A stretch of DNA of 64,000 bases from Mobula hypostoma (lineage: Eukaryota): the NCBI RefSeq assembly GCF_963921235.1, contig NC_086097.1, positions 243,910,001 through 243,974,000 of the forward strand. Direction: 5' to 3'. Position 1 is the stretch's first letter; every line of letters starts with the position of its first letter. The notes under the pieces were generated by a model. It worked only from the letters and a program-made list of their open reading frames with translations, did not search any database and was not told the DNA's origin. The position numbers and the translations under genes are program-made. Shown in pieces: positions 10,935 to 23,159 of this stretch.

Positions 10935-13085
10935 GTTCAATGCCCCCTCTGAGTCCAACTGCAGAGGCAATAGGTAGTAGGGGAGGCAAATGCAATGTTA
11001 GCATTCACTTCAAGAGGGCTAGGATATAAAAACAAGGATATAATGCAGAGGCATTGGTCAGACTACGTTCAAAGTATTGTGAGCAATTTTGGGCCCCCTA
11101 GCTAAGAAAGGATGTGTTGGCATTGGAGAGAGTCCAGAGGAGGTTCATCAGTATGATTCTGGGAACGAAAGGGTTAATGCATGAGCTGCATTTAATGGCT
11201 CTGGGGCTATTCTTAGTAGAGTTTAGAAGAATGGGGGGAATCACATTGAAACTTATCAATTATTGAATGGTCGAGACCAGATGGATGTGAAGAGGATGTT
11301 CCCTAAACTGGTGGAGTCTAGGACCAGAGGGCACAGCCTCAGAATAGGATGTTCCTTTACACCAGTTATAAGGAGGGATATTTTGTAGATGGTGAATCTA
11401 TGGAATTCATTGCCACACCTGAGTGCCATGGTTGCGTAGTGGTTACCACGATGCTATTACAGTTTGGGGCGTTCTGCAGTTTGCAGTTCAATTCCAGCAC
11501 CAATCTTCCATTCTGTCCTCCCCATGGAACGCTTGGGCTTTCTCTGGGTCCTCTGGTATCAACCCACAGTCCAACGACATAGAAACATAGAAACATAGAA
11601 AATAGGTGCAGGAGTAGGCCATTCGGCCCTTTGAGCCTGCACCGCCATTTATTATGATCATGGCTGATCATCCAACTCAGAACCCTGTACCAGCCTTCCC
11701 TCCATACCCCCTGACCCCCATAGCCACAAGGGCCATATCTGACTCCCACTTAAATATAGCCAATGAACTGGCCTCAACTGTTTCCTGTGGCAGAGAATTC
11801 CACAGATTCACCACTCTCTGTGTGAAGAAGTTTTTCCTAATCTCGGTCCTAAAAGGCTTCCCCTTTATCCTCAAACTGTGACCCCTCGTTCTGGACTTCC
11901 CCAACATCGGGAACAATCTTCCTGCATCTAGCCTGTCCAATCCCTTTAGGATTTTATACGTTTCAATCAGATCCCCCCTCAATCTTCTAAATTCCAATGA
12001 GTATAAGCCTAGTTCATCCAGTCTTTCATCATATGCAAGTCCTGCCATCCCAGGAATCAATCTGGTGAACCTTCTTTGTACTCCCTCTATGGCAAGGATG
12101 TCTTTCCTCAGATTAGGGGACCAAAACTGCACACAATACTCCAGGTGTGGTCTCACCAAGGCCTTGTACAACTGCAGTAGTACCTCCCTGCTCCTGTACT
12201 CGAATCCTCTTGCTATAAATGCCAGCATACCATTCGCCTTTTTCACCACCTGCTGTACCTGCATGCCCACTTTCAATGACTGGGGTATAATGACACCCAG
12301 GTCTCGTTGCACCTCCCCTTTTCCTAATCGGCCACGATTCAGATAATAATCTGTTTTCCTATTTTTGCCACCAAAGTGGATAACTTCACATTTATCCACA
12401 TTGAATTGCATCTGCCATGAATTTGCCCACTCACCTAACCTATCCAAGTCACCCTGCATCCTCTTAGCATCCTCCTCACAGCTAACACTGCCGCCCAGCT
12501 TTGTGTCATCCGCAAACTTGGAGATGCTGCATTTATTTCCCTCATCCAAGTCATTAATATATATTGTAAACAACTGGGGTCCCAGCACTGAGCCTTGCGG
12601 TACCCCACTAGTCACTGCCTGCCATTCTGAAAAGGTCCCGTTTATTCCCACTCTTCGCTTCCTGTCTGCTAACCAATTCTCTATCCACATCAATACCTTA
12701 CCCCCAATACCGTGTGCTTTAAGACACACTGAGTAGGTTAATTGGTCATTATAAATTGTCCTCTGATTAGGTTAGGGTTAAATCAGGTGTTGTCGGGGAT
12801 TAGTCAGGGCAGTGTGGCTTGAAGGGGCAGACGGGCCTACTGCGTGCTGTATCACTAAATAAATGAATAGATTGATAGATGGCTGTGGAGGCCAAGTCAT
12901 TGGATATACAGTATTTAAAGTGGAGGTTGATGGGTTCTTGATTGGAAAGGGTGTCTAAGGTTACAGAAAGAAGGCAGGAGAATGGGGTTCAGTAGGAAAA
13001 TAAATCAGCCATAATCGAATGGCAGAGCAGATTTGATGGTTGGAATGGCCCAATTATGCTCCCAAGTCTTTTGGCCTTATGGTTA
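10935..13085 (+). mobile_element. Old CR1 3' end interrupted by a tRNA-type SINE that is itself interrupted by a young CR1
   Basis: CR1 text stops at ...ggaattcattgccaca (~11417) and resumes gatggctgtggaggccaagtcattgg (~12878). SINE halves lie at ~11425-11577 and ~12724-12870 (tagtggtt A-box-like, gttcaattcc B-box-like). Confidence 0.75.
11578..12723 (-). mobile_element. Young CR1 LINE, 5'-truncated, RT C-terminal half open (11677-12729)
   Basis: GVPQGSVLGPQLFTIYINDLD...KFADDTKLGG motif and (ctatgttt)n tail. Confidence 0.95.
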
Positions 13086-13619
13086 TATGACACATCATAT
13101 CGCTATTTGATATTCGTATCTAGTGATTTGCTGTATCCACTCCAAGGATTTCTGAAACCCAGCGGCTAAAACTCAATGCACTGGAGTCGTAGAGCAATTC
13201 AGCATGGACACAGGCCCTTCGGCCCAAACAGTTCATACTGACCATGGTGTCCGCCCAGCTAGTCCCGATTTCCTGCGTTTGGCCCATATCCCTCCACTAC
13301 AAATGGGTTCTAAATAGGGCTTTGCGCGATGAAAAAAAAGTTAATTGTGACTAACCACAAGATTAATATAAGTAATTGAAAGGAATTGCAGTTTATCATC
13401 ATAGAGCTCAACAATATAATTTTAGCACAATACAAAAAAAAATGCTATGCTCTGAATTTTCAAACTTTGAGTAATCTTGTTCTTCTTTTCTCTCCCTCCA
13501 TCAGTGTGCTTTTGAAACTTCAGCTTCTGGTTTGATTATGTACTGTGAAATCCATTGTGGTAAAACGTAAAACACTGCTTTGTCCCCTCATCCAGTAACA
13601 GAAACTCCCATTTGTATTG

Positions 13620-13800
13620 CGCACAACGCGCAGTGAGATAGCGAGTCAGTTAGCACATTGTTTTACAGCACCAGTGATCCAGTGATCTGCGATTGGGGCC
13701 CCAATTCCCACCACTGTTGTAAGGAGTTTATGCATTCTCCCTGTGACCACACGGGTTTCCTCCGGGTGCTCCAGTTTCCTCCCACATTCCAAAGATGTGC
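13620..13800 (+). mobile_element. tRNA-type SINE fragment
   Basis: cattctccctgtgaccacacgggtttcctccgggtgctccagtttcctcccacattccaaag is a typical fish/shark SINE body. Confidence 0.65.
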
Positions 13801-14283
13801 AGAATCAGATTTATCATCACCGGCATGTGACATGAAATTTGTTAACTTAGCAGCAGCAGTTCAATGCAATTCATAATATGAAACAAACAAAAGGTTAAAA
13901 TAAATAAATAAATAAATTACAGTATATGTATATTGAATAGATTAAAAATCATGCAAAACAGAAATAATATATATTAAAAAGGTGAGGTAGTGTTCAAGGG
14001 TTCAATGTCCATTTAGGAATCGGACAGCAGAGGGGAAGGAGCTGTTCCTGAATCGTTGAGTGTGTGCCTTCAGGCTTCTGTACCTCCTTCCTGATGGTAA
14101 CAGTGAGAAAAGGGCATGCCTTGGGTGCTGGAGGTCCTTAATAATGGACGCTGCCTTTCTGAGACACCGCTCCTTGAAGATATCCTGGGTACTTTGTAGG
14201 CTAGTACCCAAGATGGAGCAAACTAAATTTACGGCCCTCTCCAGCTTCTTTCACCCCCCCCCCCCATAGCAGACAGTGATGCA
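13801..14283 (-). mobile_element. Rex1/Babar-like LINE 3' end
   Basis: ORF 14002-14211 reads RCLRKAASIIKDLQHPRHALFSLLPSGRRYRSLKAHTQRFRNSSFPSAVRFLN. Confidence 0.8.
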
Positions 14284-14286
14284 GAC

Positions 14287-14870
14287 ATGAAGAAAACTAC
14301 TGTAATATACCAAATCCAATGTGGAGATTGCGATAAACACTATGTAGGACAGACCATCCATGAGACTACATGAACATCAGCTAGCTGTAAGATTACACAG
14401 TGATCTCAGTACATAAAGGCCAAGAAGGACACAAGATCATTTGGGAAACTACAACAATTCTAGCAGAAACACAAAACAAGAAATCAAGAGAATTCTTCGT
14501 ACCCAACGGAAGACTCTGTTAACAAGTATATTGAACTGGAAGCAATTTACAAACCTATGCATCAGTGGGATCAGGGCCAAGGGGTGAGTCACAAACACCT
14601 GAGGAACCAACGCTCATAACCGAAAGCATACGGACCAATGGAGATCACTTAGATATCAACTTGTTTAGGACCCAGTGGAGACTAGTGGCCAATGCAACAA
14701 CCAACCTGTCAGAACAACGAGTCAGACCAATATAAACACGAGCACTCAGCAGAAACAACACAATGATGTCCCCTCAGCTGGTGATGAAACGGTTGCGACC
14801 TAACCTCCAGGCTTCAGCGAACAACCCTACAAACAAACAGCCAACCCAAACTTCTCTTTCATTTCAACTA
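14287..14870 (+). mobile_element. Penelope/Poseidon-type PLE remnant (GIY-YIG domain + decayed hammerhead)
   Basis: Reading from 14287 gives MKKTTVIYQIQCGDCDKHYVGQT, then a frameshifted HEHQLAVR. Hammerhead-like remnant atgatgtc...gtgatgaaacg at ~14763-14795. Confidence 0.75.
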
Positions 14871-15814
14871 TACGGGGTTAGGGTTAGTGTGTTGTGGACA
14901 TGCTTTGTTGGCACCAGAAACTTGGCGACGTCCTCCCAGTGACCTGATGTCATTGCCCACCACCGTCTCCCCATGACCACGTGGGTTTCCTCCAGGTGCT
15001 CCAATCCAAACATGTACGGGTCAGTAAGTTAATTGGTCACATGGGTGTAATTGGGTGGAGCGAGCTAGTTGAGCTGGAAGGGCCTGTTACTGTGCTGTAT
15101 CTCAAAAAAATAATAAAAAATAATATTACTATCAAATACAAAAATAAATTGTACAAAAATTACAAAAACCACTCAAGGATAAAGTAGGGAATGTGTGTTT
15201 GGAGGTGGAAGATCCAGGCAAGATTCTAATTGAATACTTGACATCGAGGAGCAGCCATAATGAAATGATGGAGCGGACTCAATGGGCCAATTGGCCTAAT
15301 TCTGCTCCTAAGTCTTATGGCTTTCTGGTTTTATGATACTTACCAAGGTGAAGGATGTGGAGCATCATGAAATCAGTGTGGAGCTTGCTAATGGGCTTGA
15401 GCATTTTGGGATAAAGAGGGTAATATTAGGTCACTTAAAGAATATCAAAGTGGATGTCCCCATGGCCTGATGGGATATACCCAGGTTATTGAGCGAAGTA
15501 AGAGACAGGATTGTTGAGGTCTTGACCAAGATCTTCAGGTCCTCTCTCGCCACAGACAAGGTCCCAAAGGACTAGCACATAATCAGTGTTGTTCTGTTAT
15601 TCAAAAAGGGAAATTGGGAGAATCCTGGAAACAATAGACCGGTGAGTTTCACGTCTATTGGAAAGGATCCTTAGGGATTGGATTCATGAGAATTTCTAAA
15701 TCCATAGTTTTATTAGGGACAGTCAGAATGGTTTTGTGTAGTGCAACTTATTTATTACTAACTTGATTGAGATTTTGAGGAGGTGATTGATAAAGGTAGA
15801 GCTATGGATAGTAT

Positions 15815-16868
15815 CTACATACAACATTCTTGGTAGAATCTCAGATGGTAATGAAAGGGCATACAGGAGCAAGATATGCCAACTAGTGGAGTGGAGTCGC
15901 AGCAACAACCTGGTACTCAACGTCAGAAATACGAATGATCTGATTGTGGACTTCAGGAAGGGTAAGACGAAGGAACACATACCAATCCTCATAGAGGGAT
16001 CAGAAGTGGAGGGAATGAGCAGTTTCAAGCTCCTGGGTGTCAAGATCACTAAGGATCTAACCTGGTCCCAACATATCGATGCAGATACTGTATAAAGAGG
16101 GCAAGACAGCAACTATACTTTATTAGGAGTTTGAAAGGATTTGGTATCTCAACAAATACACTCAAAAACTTCTATAGATGTACCGTGGAGAGCATTCTGA
16201 CAGGCTGCATCACTGTGTGGTATGGGGGAACTACGGCACAGGACCAAAAGAAGCTGCAGAGGGTTGTAAATTTAGTCAGCTCCATCTTGGGTACTAGCCT
16301 ACAAAGTACCCAGGACATCTTCAAGGAGCATTGTCTCAGAAAGGCAGTGTCCATTATTAAGGACCTCTAGCACCCAGGGCATGCCCTTTTCTCACTGTTA
16401 CCATCAGGTAGGAGGTACAGAATCCTGAAGGTGCACAGTCAGCAATTCAGGAACAGTTTCTTCCCCTCTGCCATCTGATTCCTAAATGGACATTATATCT
16501 TTGGACACTACCTCACTTTTTTTAATATACAGTATTTCTGGTTTTGAATGATTTTGATCTATTCAATATATGTATACTGTAATTGATTTAAGGTACAGTC
16601 GATGTTTCAGGCCGAGACCCTTCGTCCTGAAACGTCGACTATACCTCTTCCAAGAGATGCTGCCTGGCCTGCTGCATTCACCAGCAACTTTGATGTGTGT
16701 TGCTTGAATTTCCAGCACCTACAGAATTCCTTTTGTTTGCTGTAATTGATTTACTTATTTATTATTATTATTTTATTATTTTTCTTCTATATTAGTATTG
16801 TATTGAACTGCTGCTGCTAAACTAACAAATTTCACGACTCATGCCAGTGATAGTAAACCTGATTCTGC
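15815..16868 (+). mobile_element. Rex1/Babar-like LINE 3' part
   Basis: NNLVLNVRNTNDLIVDFRK...FKLLGVKITKDLTWSQH and NFYRCTVESILTGCITVWYG. Confidence 0.85.
16591..16739 (+). mobile_element. Penelope-like mini-insertion with inverted 5' end, 14-bp TSD
   Basis: ctgtaattgattta at 16577-16590 and 16740-16753. Segment 16591-16626 is the reverse complement of the hammerhead region, joined to ctgaaacgtcgact...gaattccttttgttt. Confidence 0.88.
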
Positions 16869-18269
16869 TTTTAGTAAGGTGTTTGACAAGGTCTCTCACG
16901 GTAAGCTCATCCAGAATATTAATATGTATGAGAACAGCACAGGCTTGGCTGTTCATATTCAGAATTGGCTCACCCAGAGAAGTCAGAGAATAGAAACTGA
17001 TCGGACTTATCCTGGCTGGAAGCCCATGAACAGTGGTGTTCCACAGGGATCTGAACCATATAAATGGTTGGGATGAAAATGTAGATGGATGGGTTAGCAA
17101 GTCTGTAGATGATACAAAGAAAGGTTGTGTTGAGTATCATGATTGCCAAAGGATACAGCAGAATATGAATCGGTTGTAGATATGGGCAGAAAAACAGCAG
17201 ATTGTGCTTAATCCAGCCAAATTTGGGATGTTAATCTCTGGGAGATCAAATGCAAAGGGACAGAACATAGTTAATGGCAGGATTAATGGTGTTGCTGTAC
17301 AGAGGGATCTTCATACCAGCCTTGCTGGTGACATCCTACTATGGAATAACTATGGAAAAAATAAGATATTACTAGCTAGCAAGAAGTAGCTAGAAATGTT
17401 ATAATAAATAGAAATTGCAAATGATGTATATTAATAAGTAAATAAAAGAGAAAGATGAATGAATGCAACAGTATACCTGAGTCTGCAGCTGGAAATTGCA
17501 TGACTGAGAGTAGTGAACACTGAGAGGAAGCTACTGACACGATGAAGGAAGGTCTGAACATCGCCAGAGATGGAGGACCTTCATTGCCGCCCTAAACACC
17601 GGCAGTGTTACGGGCAGTAGAGAGACAGAGACAGCTTGTTGTCTTTTGCACGTTGCTTGTTTGGACGTCTCTGTCATGTGCAGTTTTCATTGATTCTATT
17701 ATGTTTCTTTGTATTTGCTATGAATGCCCACAAGAAAATGAATCTCAAGGTAGTATATGGTGACGCGTACTTTGAAATATTTCCTAATGTAATTTCTAGT
17801 ATATTTTATATATTGCACTATCCTGCTGCTGCAAAGCAACATTCTGCCGTTGTATTTAATTCTGTTGTAAATCATCCTTACGTATCTTGTGAGAACATTG
17901 TGAAACGCTCTGCTGAGAGTGGCAGAAGAAACTCTTAGATGGGAGGGTGGAAGCTTTAGAGAGGGTGCAGAGGAAATTTACCAAGATGCTGCCCGGACCG
18001 AAGAGCATGGCTTATGACGATAGGTTGACCGAGCTTGGGCTTTTCCTTCTGGACTTAGGTAGGTTGGAAGAAGATACCAGGAAAGTTACAAGGGATCCAG
18101 GTATGGTTTCTGGGAAGCCATCTATATCTGCCTCTATATTGTCTGACATCCCCCCTATGCTTTCCACAAACCCCCTTAAAATTATGCCCTCTTGTATTAG
18201 CCATTTCTGCCCAGGGAAAAGTCTATGCCTCTTGTATATTTTAAATATTATTTAAATTATTGGGGGAAT

Positions 18270-18745
18270 TAAGACCATAAGACCATAAAATATGAGTACA
18301 ATTAGGCCATTTGGTCCATCGAGTCTGCTCTGCCACTTCATCATGGCTGATCCATTTTCCCTCTCAGCCCCCAATCTCCCGCCTTCTCCCATATCCCATC
18401 ATGCTCTGACTAATCAAGAATCTATCAAACTCTGCCTTAAATATACCCAATGAATTGGCCTCCACAGCCATCTGTGGCAACGAATTCCACATATTCACCC
18501 CTGTCTGGCCAGAGAAATTCCTCCTCATCTCCATTCTAAAAGGATGCATCTCTATTATGAGGCTGTGTCCTCTGGTCCTAGACTTTCTCACCACAGGAAA
18601 CATCCTCTCCATATCCACTCATTTGAGGCCTTTCAACATACCAAGGTTTCAATGGGGGTCACCCCTCCGTTCTTCTGAATTCCAGTGAGTACAGGCCCAG
18701 CACCATCAAACACTCCTCATATGACAAACTGTTCAATCCTGGAAT
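18270..18745 (-). mobile_element. CR1 LINE 3' end
   Basis: MERMFPVVRKSRTRGHSL...VNMWNSLPQ and (cttatggt)n tail. Confidence 0.9.
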
Positions 18746-19534
18746 CAGTCTACATCAGAATTGTTACATTCTCACAGCATTTGAAAGGATAATTATTTAC
18801 AGCATTGATTACAGCAAATGAACAGAGTATCTGAACAGAAACGAATGTGGAGGTTTGTGTTCTTTAAGTGAAGCGCCATTCGTCAGCAAATAGAGGTATT
18901 GTAGCTGCACGTATTTGGAATGAGCAGGCTATTAATCATGTGTTATAATCAAGGCAATTGGACCTGTAAATCAGGCTGTTAAAGAGGGCTAGTCCTGAGT
19001 GGAATCTCATCCTGAGGATCCTTACAATGCTTTCGACTATCATTCAGGTGTTAGAGTGATTTCCTGGTCTACTTGTGTTCAGTTTTGCTGCGTTTGGAGA
19101 GCACAGGGACGTAACCAGCTGCAGCAGCAGAGGGCAAGCTGTTTGCTGTTGGGATCGATCCCTCTCAGACAGTGCAATATTCCCACAGCGCTGTCTCTCC
19201 GGACAAAGCTATCAAGCACGCTCCTCAGAAACGCGGGATTGGCTGTGAAGTAGGATTTGCAGCAAGCTGGAGATCTGCAGGGGAGAACATCCAGGTTATT
19301 AATGGCAACAGGACAGAAAAAGAACGTAGGAGGAGTTGTAGACTGAATTTTAAAAGATTAGCTTTATTTGTTAACTGTACATCGAAACATTGAAACACAC
19401 AGTGAAATGCGTCATTTCCATCAACAACCAACACATTCCGAGTACGTGCTGGAGTCAGCCTCAAGAGTCATCGTGCTTCTGGTGCCAACAAAAATGAATG
19501 GTAATGGCAGAGGACATTGGGAGAATGGAAAGGA

Positions 19535-19850
19535 GGAAGGTTTGTTTTTCTCCAGTCCTTCACCTCTTCCAACTATCATCTTCCAGCTTCTCACTTTATT
19601 CCCCATTCCCCCACCCACCCACCTTTCCCTGCACCTGGTCTCACCTATCACCTGCCAGCTTGTACTCCTTCTCTTCCCCCACAACTTCCTAGTCGGGCAT
19701 CTTCCCCCTTCCTTTCCAGTCCTGATGAAGGATTTCAGCCCAAAATGTTGACTGCTTATTCATTTCCTTAGATGCTGCCTGACCTGCTGAACTCATCCAG
19801 CTTTCTGTGTGTGTTACTCTGGATTTCCAGCATCTGCAAAACCTCTTGTG
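19535..19850 (+). mobile_element. Penelope-like pLTR fragment with degenerate hammerhead
   Basis: cagtcctgatgaaggatttcagcccaaaatgttgactg (~19717-19754), then gatgctgcctgacctgctg...ggatttccagcatctgca. Confidence 0.8.
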
Positions 19851-20376
19851 ATCATAAGACCATAAGACATAGGAGCAGAATTCAGCCATTTGGCCGATCA
19901 AGTCTGCTCCGCCATTCAATCATGGCTGATCTTTTTTTTTTCCTCCTCAACCCCATTTCCCGGCCTTCCCCCCGTAACCTTTGATGCCATGCCCAATCAA
20001 GAACCTATCAATCTTTGCCTTAAATACACCCAACAACCTGACCTCCAAAGCTGCATGTGGCAACAAATTCCACAAATTCACCACCCTCTCGTTAAAGAAA
20101 TTTCTCCACATCTCTGTTTTGAATGGACACCCCTCTCTCCTGAGGTTGTGCCCTCTTGTCTAGACTTTCCCACCATGCGAAACATCCTTTCCACACCTTT
20201 GTCTAGGCCTTTCAACATTCGGAAGGTTTCGATGAGATCCCCCCTCATCCTTCTAAGTTCCAGCAAGTGCAGACCCAGAGCCATCAAACGTTCCTCGTAT
20301 GATAACCCTTTCATTCCTGGAATCATCCTTGTGAACCTCTTCTGGACCCTCTCTAATGCCAGCACATCTTTTATAA

Positions 20377-20536
20377 AACAAACCCTCACTCTTCCTTCAG
20401 TTAGTCCTGACGAAGGGTCTCGGCCTGAAACGTCGACTGCGCCTCTTCCTATAGATGCTGCCTGGCCTGCTGCGTTCACCAGCAACTTTGATTTATGTTG
20501 CTTGAATTTCCAGCATCTGCAGAATTCCTGTTGTTT
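20377..20536 (+). mobile_element. Young 5'-truncated PLE insertion in CR1, 13-bp TSD, intact hammerhead
   Basis: acatcttttataa at 20364-20376 and 20537-20549. Sequence is nearly identical to the last ~150 bp of the full element. Confidence 0.92.
20403..20438 (+). ncRNA. Minimal type I hammerhead ribozyme
   Basis: agtc-CTGACGA-agggtctcggcct-GAAA-cgtc^gact. Stem I is agtc/gact; predicted cut after C20434. Confidence 0.75.
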
Positions 20537-22094
20537 ACATCTTTTATAAGATGAGGGGCCCAAAACTGTTCACAATACTCGAAGTGAGGCCTCACCAGTG
20601 CCTTATAAAACCTCAGCATCACATCCCCGCTCTTGTATTCTACACCCCTTGAAATGAATGCTAACATTGCATTTGCCTTCCTCACCACTGACTCAACCTG
20701 CATGTTAACCTTTAGGGTGTTCTGCACAAGGACTCCCAAGTCCCTTAGCATCTCAGATTTTTGGATTTTCTCCCTGCTTAGAAAATAGTCCGCACATGCA
20801 TTTCTACCACCAAAGTGCATGACTATGCATTTTCCAACCTTATATTTCATTTGCCATTTTCTTGCCCATTCTCCTAATCTGTCTAAGTCCTCCTGCATCC
20901 TACCTGTTTCCTCAACAATACCTGCCCCTCCACCAATCTTCGTATCATCTGCAAACTTGGCAATAAGGCCAACTATTTCATCATCTAAATCATTTATATA
21001 CAGCATAAAAAGAAGTGGTCCCAACACCAACCCCTGTGGAACACCAGTGATCACTGTCAGCCAGCCAGACAAGGATCATTTTATTCCCACTCGCTGCCTC
21101 CTTCCAATCAGCCAATGCTCTAACCATATTAGTAACTTCCCTGTAATACCACGGGCTTTTGACTTAGTAAGCAGCCTCACATGTGGCAACTTGTCAAAGG
21201 CCTTCTGAAAGTCCAAATATACAACATCTACTACACCCCCTTTGTCTATCCTACTTGTAATCTCTTCAAAGAATCCAAGCAGATTTGTCAGGCAGAATTT
21301 TCCCTAAGGAAACCATGCTGACTTTGTCCTTTCTTGTCCTGTGTCACCAAGTACTCCATCACCTTATCCTTAACAATTGACTGACATCTTCCGAACCATT
21401 GAGGTCAGGCTAACTGGTCTATAATTTCCTTTCTGCTGCCTTCCTCCTTTCTTAAAGAGTGGAGTTAAAAAAATTAAAGTCTGTCCCGAGTCTTATAGGC
21501 TCATCAGGCCGGTCATTTGTAATTTTCCAGTCCTCTGGCACCATGCCGGAGTCCAATAATTTTTGAAAGATCATTGCTAATGCTGCCATAAACTCTAACA
21601 CTACCTCTTTCAGAACCCTAGGGTGCAGTTCATCTGGTCGGGGTGACTTATTTACCTTTAGGTTTTTCAGCTTTTTGAGCACCTTCTCCCTTGAAACAGT
21701 AATAGGACCCACCTCTCTTCCTTCACACACTACAACATCAGGCATACTGCTTGTGTCTTCCACAGTGAAGACTGATGCAAAATACTTATTTAGTTCATCT
21801 GTCATCTCCTTGTTCCCGGTTATGATTTCTCCAGCCTCGTTTTCTAGTGGTCCTATGTCCATTCTCATCTCTCTTTTATTTTTTACATACTTGAAAAAGC
21901 TTTTACTATCCACTTTGATGTTATTTGCAAGCTTGCTTTCATATTTCATCTTTTCCCTTATAATGATTCTTTTTGTTGCTCTCTGTAGGTTTTTATCGTC
22001 ATACCTACTTCCATGACTTCCCTGAGCAACATGTTTTAGGCACTGACCAATCACTAAGTGAAAAGCAATGTGCCTTGTAAGTTTCATTTAAACT

Positions 22095-23095
22095 TCAGAC
22101 CCAAGAAAATCTGCAGATGCTGGAAATCCAAAGCAACACACACAAAATGCTGGAGACGGGAATATAAACTGGACCCTGAGGCTAGTGAGGTGGTAGATGA
22201 GGACAAGAGGAACCCTATCCTTGGTAGGGTGGCAGGAGGATGGGGTGAGGGCAGTGTTGATAGTGGAGGAAAGGAAGCCCCCTTCCTTTGAAGAAGGAGG
22301 ACATCTTAGTTGTTCTGGAAGAAAAAGCCTCATCCTGAGAGCAGATGCAGTGGAGACGGAGGAACTAAAAGAAGGGGATGGCATTTTTACAAGTAGGAAG
22401 AGGTGTAGTCCTGGTAGCTGTGAAAATCAGTGGTTTAATAAAAGATATGAGAAGATAGACTGTCTCCAGAGATAGACTCAGAGAGATTGAGAAAGGGGAG
22501 GGAGATGTCGGAAATGGACCGGGTAAATTTGAGGCTGGGTGAAAGTTGGAGGCAAACTGGATGAAGTTGACAAGTTCAGCATCGTGCAGGGAGCTGCACC
22601 AATGCAGTCATCAATGTAGCATAGGAAGAGTTGCGTGTACTGGTGTATGCTTGGAACATGGACTGTTCCATGTAGCAGACAAAAAGGCAGGCATAGCTGG
22701 GACCCATGCGAGTGCCCATGGCTACACCTTTGGTTTGGAGGAAGTGGGAGGAGCCGAAGGAGAAGTTATTAAAAGTGAGGAGCAGTTCTGCCAGACGGAG
22801 GAGAGTGGTGGTAGAGGGGGGCCGGTTGGGTCTGTTGTCCAGGAAGAAACAGCGAGCTTTAAGACCTTCCTGGTGGGGGATAGAAGTGTATAGGCGTGGA
22901 ACATCCATGGTGAAAATGAAATGACCAGAACCAGGGAACTTGAAGTCACTGAAAAGATCAAGAGCATGTGGAGTGTCACGGATGTGCATAGGAAGGGACT
23001 GAACCGAGGGGGATAAAACAGAGTCGAGGTATGCAGACACAATTTCACTTGGACAGGAGCAGGCAGAAACAATGAGTCTACCTAGACAGTCAAAT
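22095..23095 (-). pseudogene. Decayed, internally deleted Penelope-like element (RT region + 3' end)
   Basis: GRLIVSACSCPSEIVSAYLD...FTMDVPRLYTSIPHQEG...QTKGVAMGTRMGPSYACLF. YIDD is readable on the minus strand at ~22607-22618. PLE 3' end at 22100-22156. Confidence 0.9.
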
Positions 23096-23159
23096 TTATA
23101 ACAGTAAAACATCCCCTCTCACTGAAAAACTCTGCTCTGGATCTGATCTCACACTTACA

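Larger units (their letters stand above)
15170..17310 (+). mobile_element. Degenerate CR1 ORF2 fragment split by a Rex-type insertion
   Basis: GPDGIYPRLLSEV..., FKKGNWENPGNNRPVS, then FDKVSHGKL...SGVPQGS after 16865. Confidence 0.7.
19852..22012 (-). mobile_element. CR1 LINE ORF2 (frameshifted, with nested inserts)
   Basis: Fragments SKSFFKYVKNK...SPRPDELHPRVLKE, GVPQGLVLGPLLFMLYINDLD...KFADDTK, and a CR1 tail at 19852-19900. Confidence 0.92.

Noticed and set aside
13480..13570. Polypyrimidine tract + CAG resembling a splice acceptor (possible small host exon)
   Set aside because: Weak donor, no recognisable peptide and no partner exons; cannot be supported without RNA-seq.
1142..19754. Hammerhead remnants at 1142, ~1430-1462, 7853 and 19717 as active ribozymes
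   Set aside because: Each has a substitution in an invariant core position (CUCAUGA, CUGAUGG, CUGCAGA, AAAA for GAAA).
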